Origin: Stegostoma tigrinum
Taxonomy: Eukaryota
Assembly (NCBI RefSeq): GCF_030684315.1
Contig: NC_081367.1
Span: 56,173,414 to 56,237,413, forward strand
Length of the DNA stretch: 64,000 bases
Reading direction: 5' to 3'
The notes under the pieces are model-generated. The model was given only the letters and a program-made list of their open reading frames with translations. It searched no databases and was not told the DNA's origin. Shown piece by piece: positions 36,501-50,084 of the stretch. Each line of letters begins with the position of its first letter. Position 1 is the stretch's first letter. A program made the position numbers and the translations under genes.

Positions 36501-39500
36501 TTGGTCGGGTCCTAAGCAACATGGCTACTAAACTGGGTCTGCAGCAGGGTGGTGAGGCAATCAAAGAGAGAAAACAAAAAAAACTACTTGAGCTCATCCT
36601 TCCTCGGGGTATGGTAGCAGTTGTGTTCGGGGTGAAAGCCAGGGTGGACTGCAGCCTCAATGTGAGATCCAGCATTTTCTGGGCTGGAAGGACTGTTATT
36701 CTGAAGTCTTATCTTTCTATTCTTCAAATTTATTGCTGGACTTTTTAGTTCATTTTCGCTCGAAAAATGCATTTAAGAATCTGTACCTAAGTGCTTTGTT
36801 ACCCAAGATCGTGCAGTCAGCAGTAACTTGTAAATTTTTTGCAGGACTCATATGACAAAATAATGAGGCGGTGTGTACCATCTGGAGCAGCAGGATCATA
36901 CTCCAACAGAATCTGCAATAGTATGAGCCAACATAGCCACCCACTCAACCATTTCATTCAAACCAACGTATCAATCTTAGTTCAATTGAGAGTACAGGAG
37001 GGAATGTCAAGAGTAGCACCAGGCATACGTAAACATGAGGTAGACAAACTGGAGGCTGGAAGAACAAAGGACCTGAGAAAGGATAATACCCGAGTTGGCT
37101 TTTACTTTCCTCCAGTTGCTGCCTGGGTTGATGTGTTATTTCTAGCCTCCTGTCTCTCTACCTTTAGGAAATGTATACCTGGTGTTTGACACGGCAGTTT
37201 TAAGTATACAGACGAAAAAAATACGGAGATACTGGAATCCAAGGTAGACAAACAAGGGGCTGGAAGAACAAAGGATCTGAAGAAGGATAATCACCAAATT
37301 GACTTTTCCTTCCCTCCAGACGTTGCCTGGGTTGTTGTGTTCTTCCTCATCTCATGTTTGTTTACTTTGGATTCCATCTGTTTTTTCCGTTTTTCCGCCT
37401 GTATGCATAAACATGGGTGGAGCTCCAAAACAGGATTATGTGTGTCATAAATAGGATCAGCATCAAGCGATGGACAGAACTAAATAATCCCACAATCAAC
37501 TAATCAGCTATAAGTTGAGCAATCTTGTTGAATCTAGTTCTGAATGAGTCATACAGTTGCAGAGTTATACAGCATGAAAGTAGACCCTTCAGTCCAACTC
37601 GTCCATTCCAGACAGATATCCTAAACGGATCTATTCTCATTTGCCAGCCTTGTGGCCAGATCGGTAGCTCTGTGGTTACTATTGCTGCCTCTCAGTGCCA
37701 GGGGTCTAGGTTCATTCCATCCTCAGATGACAGATTTTGTGCAGTTTGCACCTCCTCGCTGTGCTCCAGTTTCCTCCCACATTCCAACGATGTGCAGTCT
37801 AGGTGAATTGACCACCTTCGCGTTCAGGGATATATGGTTTATAGGGGGATGGGTCTGGGTGGTTTTCTCCAAGGGTCAGTGTGGACTTGTTGGGTCAAAG
37901 GGCCTATTTTTACGCTGTAGGGATTCTACGACTCTAAACCCTTTCTATTTCTGTACATATCCAGATGCGTTATAAATGTCATAATTGTAACCGCTTCCGC
38001 CACTTCTTCTGGCAGCTCATTCCACACATATAATATCATCTGTATGCAAAGGTTGTCCATTAGGTCCCTTTTAAACATCTCCACTCACACGTTAAACCTG
38101 TGCCCTCTGGCTTCTGACTCTCTTACCCTTGGAAAAAAGACCTTGGCTATTCACCATATATATGCTCCTCATGATTTTATAAACCTCCACAAAGGTGACT
38201 CCTAGCGTCTGACTCTCCAGGGAAAAAGAAACCAACCTCTCCCTATAGCTCAAAATCTCCAATCCTGGTAACATCCTTGGAAGTCTTTTCTGAACTCTTT
38301 CAAGGTTACCAACATCTTTCCTGTAGTAGGGAGACCACAACTGAACGAAGTATTCTGAACGTAGTCTCACTAACATGACATCCGAACTCCTACACTCAAT
38401 GCACTGACCAATGAAGGAAACCATGCCAAACGTCTTCATTACCCTGTCTATCTGGGTGCCTGAATTTATAATCCAGCGATAAAACAATGAGTAAGCCATC
38501 ACCTCCACGACTAGACTGCTGCCTGAAATTATCTCCATGTATGTTACGCCAAAAAAGTTGAAATTTACGGCCTCCCTATACTTAAAAAAAAACCCTTGCA
38601 GCTTCCCTAATCGGCCAAAACCAACATACACCACAAACTCAACCATTCTTGCTGGTGTTCAAAATTTAATTCCAACCTGCTAAGTGAGAAAATTGTTGGA
38701 ATTCAGATATTATGGAACGATAAAGACTCATGGTTCCATTCAGTTCCGAGCGTCGATTTCAGAAACCATCTCAAAATTGAACTCATCATGTTCGCAAACG
38801 TAGGTGCATTTTAACGCTGAAAGTGATTGGGATTTCGCGGATAGTGTAAACAAGTTGAAAATAAGCTGAAAACAATAGTAGAATAATCGAATCATACATC
38901 CCTACAATTGTACGATCAGGCAATTCGGCTCATTGAGTCCACATCGCCTCTTCGAAGAGTATCCCTCTCTATTCCAGTAACCTTGCATTTCCCATGGCTA
39001 ACCAACTAGCTTGGACACTATGGACTGTTGAGATTATCAATAATAACGTCACCAATCAATGAATTTTCGGCAGGTCGATTTTAGGTCTTTCTACACGACA
39101 ACATTTTTAAAAAAACAGTCGAGATTATATTACCAAACGTTTTTACAGACAATTTCAAGAAATTGTTGAATCTCTATTTAGAATTTATGTACTAAATAGC
39201 ATTCGCAAAATTTCTTTTACAAGGCCAAAACTCTACTTTGGCTGGATCCAGGCCTGGTTCAGACGTGAAGTCGGGTAGGATCGAGAACAGACAGTTGTAT
39301 TCTACATTTTCACCACTGCAAAAAAAAGAAATAAGCAGCCACGGGTAAGAAAGGCTAATAATTGTGTACTTAATATCAGAGGACAGAAAAAAAGGTCTTC
39401 GTGGATAAATATTAATGGCATAAGTTATACACAAACGCTCTTTGTTCCATTTACACGAATTAACAGGATAATCCAATGCGTATTCTCCAGGGCTGCCAAC

Positions 39501-39640
39501 AAAAGGCCAATTTTATGCCCGGAACAGAGATGAGAATTTATTCGAATTAAAGCTTAGCCTACAAATCACGTACTGAAAATTTGTGACTCAAATTTAAGAA
39601 GTCGGGTTTACATTCGTTCTCCACGCCGCTGCAGACATTT
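32773..39640 (+). repeat. Segmental duplication copy 2 (paralogous to 1-~9650)
   Basis: Colinear match including LINE relics at ~34790-35740, fold-backs at ~37016-37380 and CR1/SINE at 37545-38460. Confidence 0.93.
37545..38460 (-). mobile_element. CR1 LINE 3' end with inserted V-SINE (~37650-37930, +)
   Basis: EYFVQLWSPYYRKDVGNLERVQKR on minus; duplicate of 6645-8480 lacking the Penelope insertion. Confidence 0.85.
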
Positions 39641-41269
39641 TCAAATCAACCGGCTCAGTAAGAATAAGGTATGGCGCCTATGGACCAAATGGGTCTTGAA
39701 ACCTGCACTCGTGGCTCGGAGGTGGGATGCTACCAATGTGTCGCACGAGCCTACAATTCAATTACAAACGCTTTACATATATTGGAATTGCACAACTAGG
39801 GCAGGCTTTCCACGGAATTTCACGCAATTTCATTCTTTTCCAAGAAGAGAGTGGGGGTTACATAAAGGTAAACTACAGAGAGATGCAGATTGGAAGGTAA
39901 AGCGGGTTGTGGTGGGGATTAGGCACGAGTAACTGGTAGTGTTAGGAGACCGGCATTCAGGTTTCATCCGTTCCAGAAGTGTTTAGTCTAGAACGGAATC
40001 TAATTCTTGTGAACCATGAATTAAGCTCCATTACTAGCCACACAGGAGCAACTGTTACACGTTTCTTGCCGGTTTCTATCATAATTAAGGGGTATTAAAG
40101 TGAGCACAACTCTGCAGTCGATTTGCGCTCCTTCAAGTTTTCTCAGAAAAGAATTTGGAACGCATAATTTACTAACTGAAGAAACATTGAACCAGATACA
40201 TTCACCTATCAATAAGATTTGTTTTTACTAGACTGGAGATCAATTCATTTTACCAATTTTAATAAGCATACGAATATAACGATGAAAAGGTCACGCAGTC
40301 TCGTCACTGTTATGGCCGAGGTTGAACGAGGGACATAACCAAGTGGCTGTACTCCCACCGGACTATAGGGCTGCTGTCTCTTTAGACAGCATGATTGGCA
40401 GCGAGCTTAATCTGAAGGCCAGCACAACTCAGGCGAGGAGCGAAGTTGAAGCAACGCCTAGATGTCAATTTCACGTAGTTTGGGAATCGAGCTCATGTTG
40501 TCAGCGTTAATGTGCACCAGTAAAAGCTTACCTTGGGAAGAAGAAGCGCTTGACGTCACTCATTAATTTCTCTTGACCAGTGGTGAGGTTGAGGGGAATT
40601 CGGAGTGCCGAGACAGGTGAATGGCAGGTGTTGAAAATCTAATAACGAAATGTTATATCTGAAAGAGTCTGTGGTCTCTATTTATCTCATCTTCAATAAA
40701 TATCATTAGATCGACTAAAATGATCTGAAACTGCATTTTATCAACACATTGCACTTGAGCATTTCATTGACTTTATTCGAGAACGCACACTTACATTGAA
40801 CATGGCCAGTGTCTCCTAACTGTACATCATAGAAAACTCATTTACATAAAAGTCAAGATAATTCACTCATAGCTAACTAATCTATTTTGGAAGAACCAGT
40901 TTCCATAACAGCGGGGGTTACATAAAGAATTTATTTTATCACGTGACAGATCAAGAGTGAAAGGAAAGCCAGTGGAGATTGAAAGATCTGGCTTGAACCG
41001 AACATTTTATGCCTATTAATGAATTTCACAGTAAACACACAATGTTCATCGATTTAAGCAAATGATTTGCTTTTTAATTTTCCATTAGAGTTGCATGTCA
41101 AGACAGTCCAAATCTTCTGTAGCCCATGTAAAACAAAAGATGATGAGGTATTTCGTTTTCAGTAAGGGAGATAATAACTGAATAAGTGACGAATAGTGGA
41201 GGGTAATTTTAATATTTACACGTGGTCCTGAAGTTAAGGAAGAAGAAAATCGTAATACTGTTGAGAAGG

Positions 41270-42607
41270 AATAATGGGAACTGCAGATGCTGGAGAATCC
41301 AAGATAACACCTCCTCCAACCCACCCTCCTGCAGAAATTCCATCCGCTATTCCCAATTCCCCCGCCTCCGCCGCATCTGCTCCCAGGATGAGGCATTCCA
41401 CTCCCGCACGTCCCAGATGCCCACGTTCTTCAAGGACCGCACTTTCCCCCATAGTGGTCGAGGACGCCCTTGACCATGTCTCCAGCATTTCCCGCAACAT
41501 GCCCCAAAGACCCCGCCCCCGCCACAACCGCCCCAAGAGGATCTACCTCATTCTTACATACCACGCCACCAACCTCCGAATACACCGCATCATCCTCCGA
41601 CACTTCTGCCATCTACAATCCGACTCCACCACCCAAGACATTTTTCCATCCCCACCCTTGTCTGCCTTCCGGAGAGACTACTCTCTCCGTGACTCCCTTG
41701 TTCGCTCCACACTCTCCTCCAACCCCACCTCACCCGGCACCTTCCCTTGCAACCGCAGGAAGTGCCATACTTGCCCCCACACCTCCTCCCTCACCCCCAT
41801 CCCAGGCCCCAAGATGACCTCCCATATTAAGCAGATGTTCACCTGAACATCTGCCAATGTGGTATATTGTATCCATTGCACCCGGTGTGGCTTCCTCTAC
41901 ATTGGAGAAGCCAAGTGGAGGCTTGGAGACCGCTTTGCAGAACACCTCCGCTCGGTTCGCAACAAACAACTGCACCTCCCAGTCACAAACCATTTTAACT
42001 CCCCCTCCCATTCCTCAGATGACATGTCCATCATGGGCCTCCTGCAGTGCCACAATGATGCCACCCGAAGTTTGCAGGAACAGCAACTCATATTCTGCTT
42101 GGGAACCCTGCAGCCCAATGGTATCAATGTGGACTTCACCAGCTTCAAAATCTCCCCTTCCCCCACTGCATCCCAAAACCAGCCCAGTTCGCCCCTCCCC
42201 CCACTGCATCCCAAAACCAGCCTAGCTCGGTCCCCTCCCCCCACTGCATCCCAAAACCAGCCCAGCCTGTCTCCGCCCCCTAACATGTTCTTCCTCTCAC
42301 CCATCCCTTCCTCGCACCTCAAGCCGCACCTCAATTTCCTACCTACTAACCTCATCCCGCCTCCTTGACCTGTCGGTTTTCCTTGGACTGACCTATCCCC
42401 TCCCTATCTCCCCACCTATACTCTCCTCTCCGCCTATCTTCTTTTCTCTCCATCTTCGGTCCGCCTCCCCCTCACTCCCTATTTATTCCAGAACCCTCTC
42501 CCCGTACCCTTCTCTGATGAAGGGTCGAGGCCCGAAATGTCAGCTTTTGTGCTCCTGAGATGCTGCTTGGCCTGCTGTGTTCATACAGCTTCACACTTTA
42601 TTATCTT
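41270..42607 (+). mobile_element. Penelope-like retroelement, Neptune type, 5'-truncated
   Basis: IRYSQFPRLRRICS thumb, PCNRRKCHTC linker, VYCIHCTRCGFLYIGE GIY-YIG, pLTR with hammerhead core; short inverted tail at the 5' end; TSD gtaatact(g/a)ttgag. Confidence 0.92.
42514..42541 (+). ncRNA. Minimal hammerhead ribozyme core
   Basis: CTGATGA-AGGGTCGAGGCCC-GAAAT-GTC. Confidence 0.65.
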
Positions 42608-42614
42608 GTAATAC

Positions 42615-43218
42615 TATTGAGGCTGGTTGACTCGCCGAACTGGTTTCTTATATTGCGGGCGTTGACATCCTCAGTGCAGCCTCCGATGAAGCGTCAGTCT
42701 GTTTTCCAGCCTAGCTTTTAAACTCCCAAGCCCGCTCAGGTGCATATCCTCACTTCCGCCTTTCCTTCGTAGTGGAATGTACATGTTCAATGCGTTTATT
42801 AACAGTATGCTTCCGGGACTGCCAGGCTTCTATGAATTCTGCTGCCTGTCTCTGTCTAACCTGTCCCAGAATCTTGGTGTTGTCCCAGTCGATGTGGTGG
42901 TTCTTCTTGTCCATGTGGATTGAGATGAGCGAGTATCGGTCGTGTCCAACATGAACATCAACTGGCTACAAAAAGACACGACCAATACACACCATATACC
43001 CCACATGCATTCCACTACGAAGGAAAACGGGAAGTGAGGCAATCCATCTCAACGGACTCCGGAGTTTAAGAACCAGGCGAGGAAATAGACCGACGCTTCA
43101 TTGCAGGCTGCACTGAGGATGTTATGGTAAGGAAACGCCTGCGAAACATGAAACCATGTCGGCGAGCCAACCAACCTCAACAGCCACACCCCGAGCTACA
43201 AAACTACTCCAAAACCTT
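42615..43218. mobile_element. Poseidon-type Penelope fold-back remnant
   Basis: Minus strand HDRYSLISIHMDKKNHHIDWDNTKILGQVRQRQAAEFIEAWQS; 42615-42785 inverted relative to ~43000-43180; decayed ctgaggatgtt..gaaacgcc core. Confidence 0.8.
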
Positions 43219-46200
43219 AGAAAATCATAATACTATTACAATAGGCTGAAACTGTCCTCTCCTAGTTCCGGTCGCAGATGCTGCAGCTGATGAGACATTC
43301 TGCTTTCAGAAGATCGTGTAAGTTTAAGCGGCCTGCTTCTTTTTTGTTTCCAATCATAGCTTCCGCAGCTACCTGCTAAATTTGTCTCAACTAATCATTT
43401 TCTTTGCACATACATTTAGAAGATATTCAGTCTCCGTCCTTGCTTATCCTACAGCTACCTCTGTAATTCCAACCTTAACACACCCGTTTGTACGCAACTG
43501 TGCATCTAGTTCATTTTATTTAAGAATCCAGGTCTCCAGGCTTGTCCTTTCATTCTTCTTTTTTTCTCTTTTGCATAGTGGCCTGGTTTGATTCTTCGCC
43601 TCGAATTCCTGGCTTCCAAGTTCCTCATTTCCCATCTGCATTTTGTTTTAGTCCTCCTTTCATCTCTTCCTACGCCATGTGTAGGTGTCTGTCCCCTGTC
43701 ATTTTAGATTAAACCCTTCCAACGATACTAACAAACATTCCCCCTGGAAATTACTTCCTTTCTTGTCAAGGTGAAAACTAATAGATTTTATGTAGTAGCA
43801 AGGCCAGCGCAGATTCACGGCTGTGAAATATTATGTATTCGGCATTCTTCCTGATGGGTTAATTAAGTATGGCGTCCTCTAGTAATGAATATAACAGGTG
43901 AGCACCCTACTGTGATCTATTGCAAAGAGACGTGTTCCAGTTACTGAGTAGACAACCGTTGAAATATGAGCAAATCCTCCAATTTAAACCATAGTTAACA
44001 GATTACTGAATGCCATCCCACTCACATGAAGTGATACACCCGAAACGTGAGCTGATTTGTTACCGATAATAATGCCGAGTGGCACTGTGTCCACTCAGAT
44101 TTGGGGAACAATTGTTTTTAGCTGTCCGCTTGGTTTAATTTCATATCTCCTTGTAGCTAAAGCGTAGGATTCAAAGTTTGATTTACCTCACAATAAAATT
44201 GGTCCACTGCTAACCCCATAGATTCACGACTTTTTTTTTCAGGGGGAAAATATTGACAACCTTTATTAAATCGACTTAACTATAAATCTTGTTAAGCAAA
44301 ATATGTTTCTCAATGGCATAAAACAAACCGGGGGCTTATCTTCATGACGGCTCCCACTTCTGATAACAAGATGTAGATTTTGAAATTTTTTTTGCCCTCT
44401 TTAGTAGCTGTGGTTGTGACTTCTGACAATATGCATATTTCGCGTTTGCCCTGACCTCTAATTTTACGTTTTTATTAGAAATGAAGCCAAGAAAGTTGCT
44501 GGTCAGATCAGAGATCCTTCATTCTACCCTTTCTCCCAAAGGTAATGTGACTAGGGTCACTCTTCCATTTCCAGATGTGTAGTCCATAGTCTTCCCTGAA
44601 CTAAATTTCTCAGTTTGTAATGTAGCTGATTCGTGGGTTCTAAGAATTACCGTTTATTAAGATAGGCAAATATTCCGTGGGATTAACACGAAATGGTTTA
44701 CATAGAAATGGCAGGAATTCCAACTGGCCATCAATTTCTTTAGTCACGGAGCGACGGCAAAATCAAACTATTATTTTCCAAGAAACATAACAGTAGATTT
44801 AAACTGTGGTTCTAAAATCAGAATGCTAGTGTGATGACAATTGGCTTTCCAAACTGATAATATCAGTTGTCAATTCTCATACGTAAACACTGGTCTCAGA
44901 AAAACAAAACAAGAGGTCACACTGTTTCAAATCTAACTAAATTCAATACAACAAGATACTCTGTTCAAGAATGTGGGGAAGAGGATGATGCCAGAGATTT
45001 GCCACTGGACAAAACAACCAAAATCTGGAAGCAGAAACGCACAACAGAATGGCAGCAGAAATGAACCTTAATTCACCTAAGTGGCTGACCCGGCGTGTGA
45101 TGTTCAGGACCACCATCGACTGCAGCCTGGCCTCCCATCCTCAACGAATTCTGGCTTATACCATATTTCAAGAAATCTCCATATGAGAAAGAAGACTCCA
45201 TTATACGTAGAGAGCTCTGCATGGCCAATTTATTATTATTCAGAGATTAACATTTGATCCAAAACATTCAAATAACGTTTTCGTTTAGCACCAGGCCCGC
45301 CGTTTTTGCTAGTGAACATACTTCCTTGTACTCCGTACTTGCCCTGCTCAAAAGGGTGGTTGTTGAATTGCACAGTATTGTGGAAAGTAATGCAGCATTA
45401 GATGGTTGAATCACACTTGTCTCATACTAGCAGCTACCCCAGGGGACACACAGCTGTCAGGTTGTATCTTACAGAGGAAGGAATGAATTGTATGCATTCT
45501 TCTTTTGGAAACCTTGCAAGCCCGTGAAAACAGAACAGCAGTGAAACTTGAACAGCCCTGAATATGCTTGGCATTCAGTCATATGCTATCCTGTGATATT
45601 TTGACCTAAAATAAATCTATCGCTCCCATTCGTGAAATTTTCACTCATTTTGAAGAAGATCGTTTTCCGAATTTTCATTATGAATTTCGTGGTTGTAAGC
45701 TTTGGATATTCAGACTTTCCAGGCACTCCCCTCAACTCCACCCCTCACCTTGTAATGAAGTAATTTTGAATATTGCATCTATGTTTATGCTTCCGAATTT
45801 GTTTTTTTTTTACTTTTATGCACCTTTGTAACATTGCCTGTAAAAGTTTTATTTTAAGACCTACTAGTTACAAATGCAATCCGAATGGACCGCAACCAGC
45901 TCCTTGTATGTCTGCGCAAATGTTGAAAAACATCAATAGCAGCACTGTCATCTGAAAATTCTTAATGTCTTTCGACGCTACTCTAGAGGTCTTGATCAGC
46001 TATTTATTTCTGGTGGGTCGTAGTTTCTGTTCTGTTTTGTAGTTCGCAGCTAATTTCATCCAATTTACAAGTAATACAATTAATCCTCTTCTCCCATTCA
46101 TCCATCCTTTCAACAATTTGTCGGAAAGATGTCTCCGCTTGTTGCATGCAACTGTGATATTCTGCGGAAGATATCATCACTGACACCTGAGCGCTTGATT

Positions 46201-48497
46201 TTTTAGCAGAAGATGGTGGCGACCCCATCTTCTGTTGATTAATTGTTGTGTCAGTCGCTTTTTCTCGTTCACCTTGACTTGAACTTTGTACTTGAACCAC
46301 TAAGAGCCGCTCTGACTTACTCGCACTGTCGTGTTTGTACAAGTGAGATGCCATGATGATACCATTAACGGTGCAGCAGGAGTAGAGGCACTGCAGCTAA
46401 TTTTTCACTGAAATGTTCAGATAGTCATTATCTGATATTTCTTGACACGTGATGCAGAGGACACTCCAGGTCAGCGTATGACGGCAGTTCTAGGACACAT
46501 AGAGACTAGGTGTAAATAATACAGGAGTAACCGGGAAAAAAACACATGGAGATTAAAATATCTATTGCAATTGTAATTGTTAGATAGCTTTTTAAAAGCT
46601 TCTAATATACCTGGACCTCTTAGGTTTCTAGTTAGCCCACTTCTGGCTTCACCGGACGTTGCGGACATTAATTCCGTTGCACTAGAAATGGATGTTCAAT
46701 TTAACTGTCAACGACTGTTCGACCCTGACCAAGAATGGAAACTTATAGCTTCAGTCCTAGTGCTCCAGGTTCACTCAGAATCCCAAATATTGTCCCTTCC
46801 AGGGAATATCCGAGGTTATTTTAAATTTATCTTTAGCTCGGCTACGTTGCAGGTCTCGCGGTAATTGACATTAAGATGAATTCAATCTGTGCAATCTCAT
46901 ACTCACCACTAAGCTATTCTCCTGAGATGTAGCCAGTCCTGCTTTCTTCATAGATGGTTATGGTGCTAATGCCTAACGAGGTGTTGGTTCATGAATCATT
47001 GGTCATACGGTAGCACAGCTCATTTTGTGTCCTTTTATTATGTTTTACTGCTGATGCCTTGCTGAGGTTAGGTTTTAGTCAATCATCAGATTTCCTTGCA
47101 ACATTGTATTACTTGAGGCACATTTTGTTTTGCTAAGCAGGATGTGCGTTCGTCAAGAAATGTTCGTTTTGTTTCGATTTCAAGGCTGAGTAACATGATG
47201 GGGCAGTTTCTCTAAGTCCTACTGTATGGTAACTGAAAGTACTTCGTAAATTATTATGCAATGTATTCACTACTCGCATTTAGAGATGTACAACTAGTAA
47301 CAATTGAATCATTTCCAATGCTCAGTCATATTTTAAAGCAGTTGCAATTAGGTATTGCAGGAGACGGTGACTCTCGGAGGTATTTCCTATTTGTTATTCA
47401 AAAAATTGAACAGGTAAAGGTGGTTGCTTCCTTGTTATGCAGGGTCATTATAATTAAGTTATTTAACTATATTCGGGGGAACTACTTAAATATAAGGTGG
47501 AACATTTGAATTTTATTATGACTGGATTGGTTTGCCTCAATGATGGATTTTAGATATACCTAATTTCGAAATAACACGTCTTCCTCACAACATCAGCAGG
47601 AATCCAAGTTTCACACATCTATTTCTTCCTCCCTTTGCGTTTTCCCTGTTAAAATCGCTTTTCTGATTCTGTTTCTTCGCTTCAGTCTCTGTTGTTGTTA
47701 CGTTTCTGTTGTGCACAGCCTTTCTGCGAATCTGCAGGTAGTGTTGGTTTTGCGAAAATAGTAATGTTCCTTCTACGATGACGGAATTTTATTAGGCTTG
47801 CCAGAGCTCTGCCACTCTGATGTTATCATCTTTTGCTTCTGTTTAACGTACCTCCGCTAATCGCTTTACTCATGCTAACGCTTTCATGTACTCTCTGGTT
47901 GTTTCTATTTTTGTTTCGTTATTGACATCTGTTACGTAAGTATCCATGACCCCTTGTCGACTAACATGGGCAAAACAAAATTTGGTAAGAGTGTTTTATC
48001 CCGTATCAGACAAATAGGGCAAAAAAAAACAAAAAAAGCACACAAGGGCGTTCACTCTCGTGGCAATGTGGCTTTTTATTAGCGCGTGAGAGAGACAGAC
48101 TTGTGCGTGAGGGGTTAACACATTAAATGCAATGAAAATAAAACAATGCAATTAAACTAATTTATTTCACTGTACATCTGTGGTTGACTACGTATCAGCT
48201 TTCTCCTCTGAGGGCATGAAAACGATCCTTCATTGGAGTAGAGAAATCTTACATCCTGTCTCCTCGGCTCCATTTCTCCATGAATATTTTCCTTTATCTG
48301 TCCCCCTCACCCCCAATCATTGTTGCCACTAGTTTTATCGGTTCCTGCACATTTTATGATTTTTACCCCCTGTAACGGTATATTATTCCAACAGTTATTT
48401 CCTGTTGACCGATTGGTCGTGTTGAATTTCTTCTGGGTTTGCGGTTGGGGTTCAGCCAGTCAGCAAGGCTCCGCCACTCACCGCAATAAGCAAGCGT

Positions 48498-48644
48498 GAT
48501 AATGGGAACTGCAGATGCTGGAGAATCCAAGATAATGAAATGTGAGGCCTTCAGATGAAGGGTCTAGGCCTGAAACGTCAGCTTTTGTGCTCCTGAGATG
48601 CTGCTGGGCCTGCTGTGTTCATCCAGCCTCACATTTCATTATCT
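48498..48644 (+). mobile_element. 147-bp miniature Neptune pLTR element with perfect 12-bp TSD
   Basis: AATAAGCAAGCG at 48485-48496 and 48645-48656; 19-bp inverted repeat agataatgaaatgtgaggc/gcctcacatttcattatct; core cagatga..gaaacgtc. Confidence 0.88.
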
Positions 48645-49225
48645 AATAAGCAAGCGCATTGCTCATCTGAAATTTTACATTTTTAATGAATTTAGTTTCC
48701 TTTATTTATTATTCATTAGGTAGCTGTAAATTAAAGTGTTCTGCTCGGATCATAAAGCATGTTTTGTCGGTTTCGAAGTACTTCGCATAATTCTGAATGC
48801 CACAATTATTTTCACATCAATTTCATAGAACGTAGCAGCTCGCGTTTAAACATCCAAAATGAAAAATCAACATTAACTAATTAGATACACAAATGAGGAA
48901 GGGAGAGTGTGCCAACAGATATGAGCTGAGGTTGGAGGAGGCTGTTGTGGAGGATGAACACTGACATAAACCGATTGGATCGAATAGCCCTTCTGCACGG
49001 TAAACTCGACGAAGCTCTTAAAAGACTACTTAATAGAGGTTAGCCTCTTTAATTGTGAAAATTCTGCGAAGAGCCTACATATGTTTTCCACCACACTAGA
49101 TAACGGATATCTGATAAGAAATGTTTTGGTCCTGCAGGTTTCTCGTGAACATCAAAGCAGCTGTGTCAGTGATATACTGCAATCTGCCAAATTTGATCCG
49201 AATGTAAAAAGAATCCAACTGAATT

Positions 49226-49390
49226 ATGGAGTCGAGGATGGCAACCCAACTGAAAAACAATAGAACTCAGGCTATTCCAAAGGATGAGGATTTCATTTGT
49301 CAGCGTCGCTACAACGCATGTGGTTTCGTTTTAAATATCAGCATGTACTCGTTTACTAAGTTAGGCTTTGGTTCGAAAGTCTGGGATGCA
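49226..49390 (+). CDS. EEF1AKMT3: EEF1A lysine methyltransferase 3-like (METTL21 family), coding exon 1
   Basis: ...YNACGFVLNISMYSFTKLGFGSKVWDA then gtaagt; matches the family's CGxxLxI...LG...VWDA exon end (phase 0). Symbol denotes -like; orthology untested. Confidence 0.75.
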
Positions 49391-50084
49391 GTAAGTTCAA
49401 TTCTTGCTATATATGGAGCCTAACACATGCCGAGTTGGTGTAGGAGTAACATAATTTTTGCGTTCATGTCCTCAAAGACATTGTTGGATAAAGTTACCCA
49501 GTAACTCATACAGAATTGACCTTATGGGCGCAAGCGTGCAATATCACGCACATACGTCTGTGTAAAATACACTTGCAAGTCAAAGCGTACAAGGCCGTGG
49601 TCAAAATGCGGGAAAATAGGATTACAATAGTTCGGTAATGAGTTTTGATCAGCGCAGACTTGACGGGCTACATGACCCTTTTCTGTCCTATAGACCTCAA
49701 TGACTCTAGGAAAGAGCTGCTAACGGCGATGGAGAATGAGTAGTTTCATGCGCTCACTGTAATCAATAAAAGTGGGCAGAGGTTGCTTTAACTTGTTCGT
49801 AAATGTAGTTGGACAGGGTCTTGTCAATCCTATGTTTTAGAACGTTTTATGAGGTTGCATCTGAGTCTTACAGACCAAGAGGTCAGCAGTCCAACTTTGT
49901 TTGTGCGCAGTTAACGGATATCAGCAAAGCGCTATAGGAGCCAAAATGAAGAATATCTGTGATACTAGCAGCAATTGTAAAATGACATTAAATTGACACA
50001 AATCTCGCTCAAAATTGTTGATACGATTCACTTTAGATTGAGTCAAACATTTAAAAATACGTGTATAAATCAAATATGCAGAAG

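Noticed and set aside
39665-39755. tRNA-like A/B boxes on the minus strand
   Set aside because: No complete cloverleaf; more likely a decayed SINE head than a tRNA gene.
40300-40510. Possible LF-SINE-like relic
   Set aside because: Recognised only loosely from memory; needs a Dfam search.
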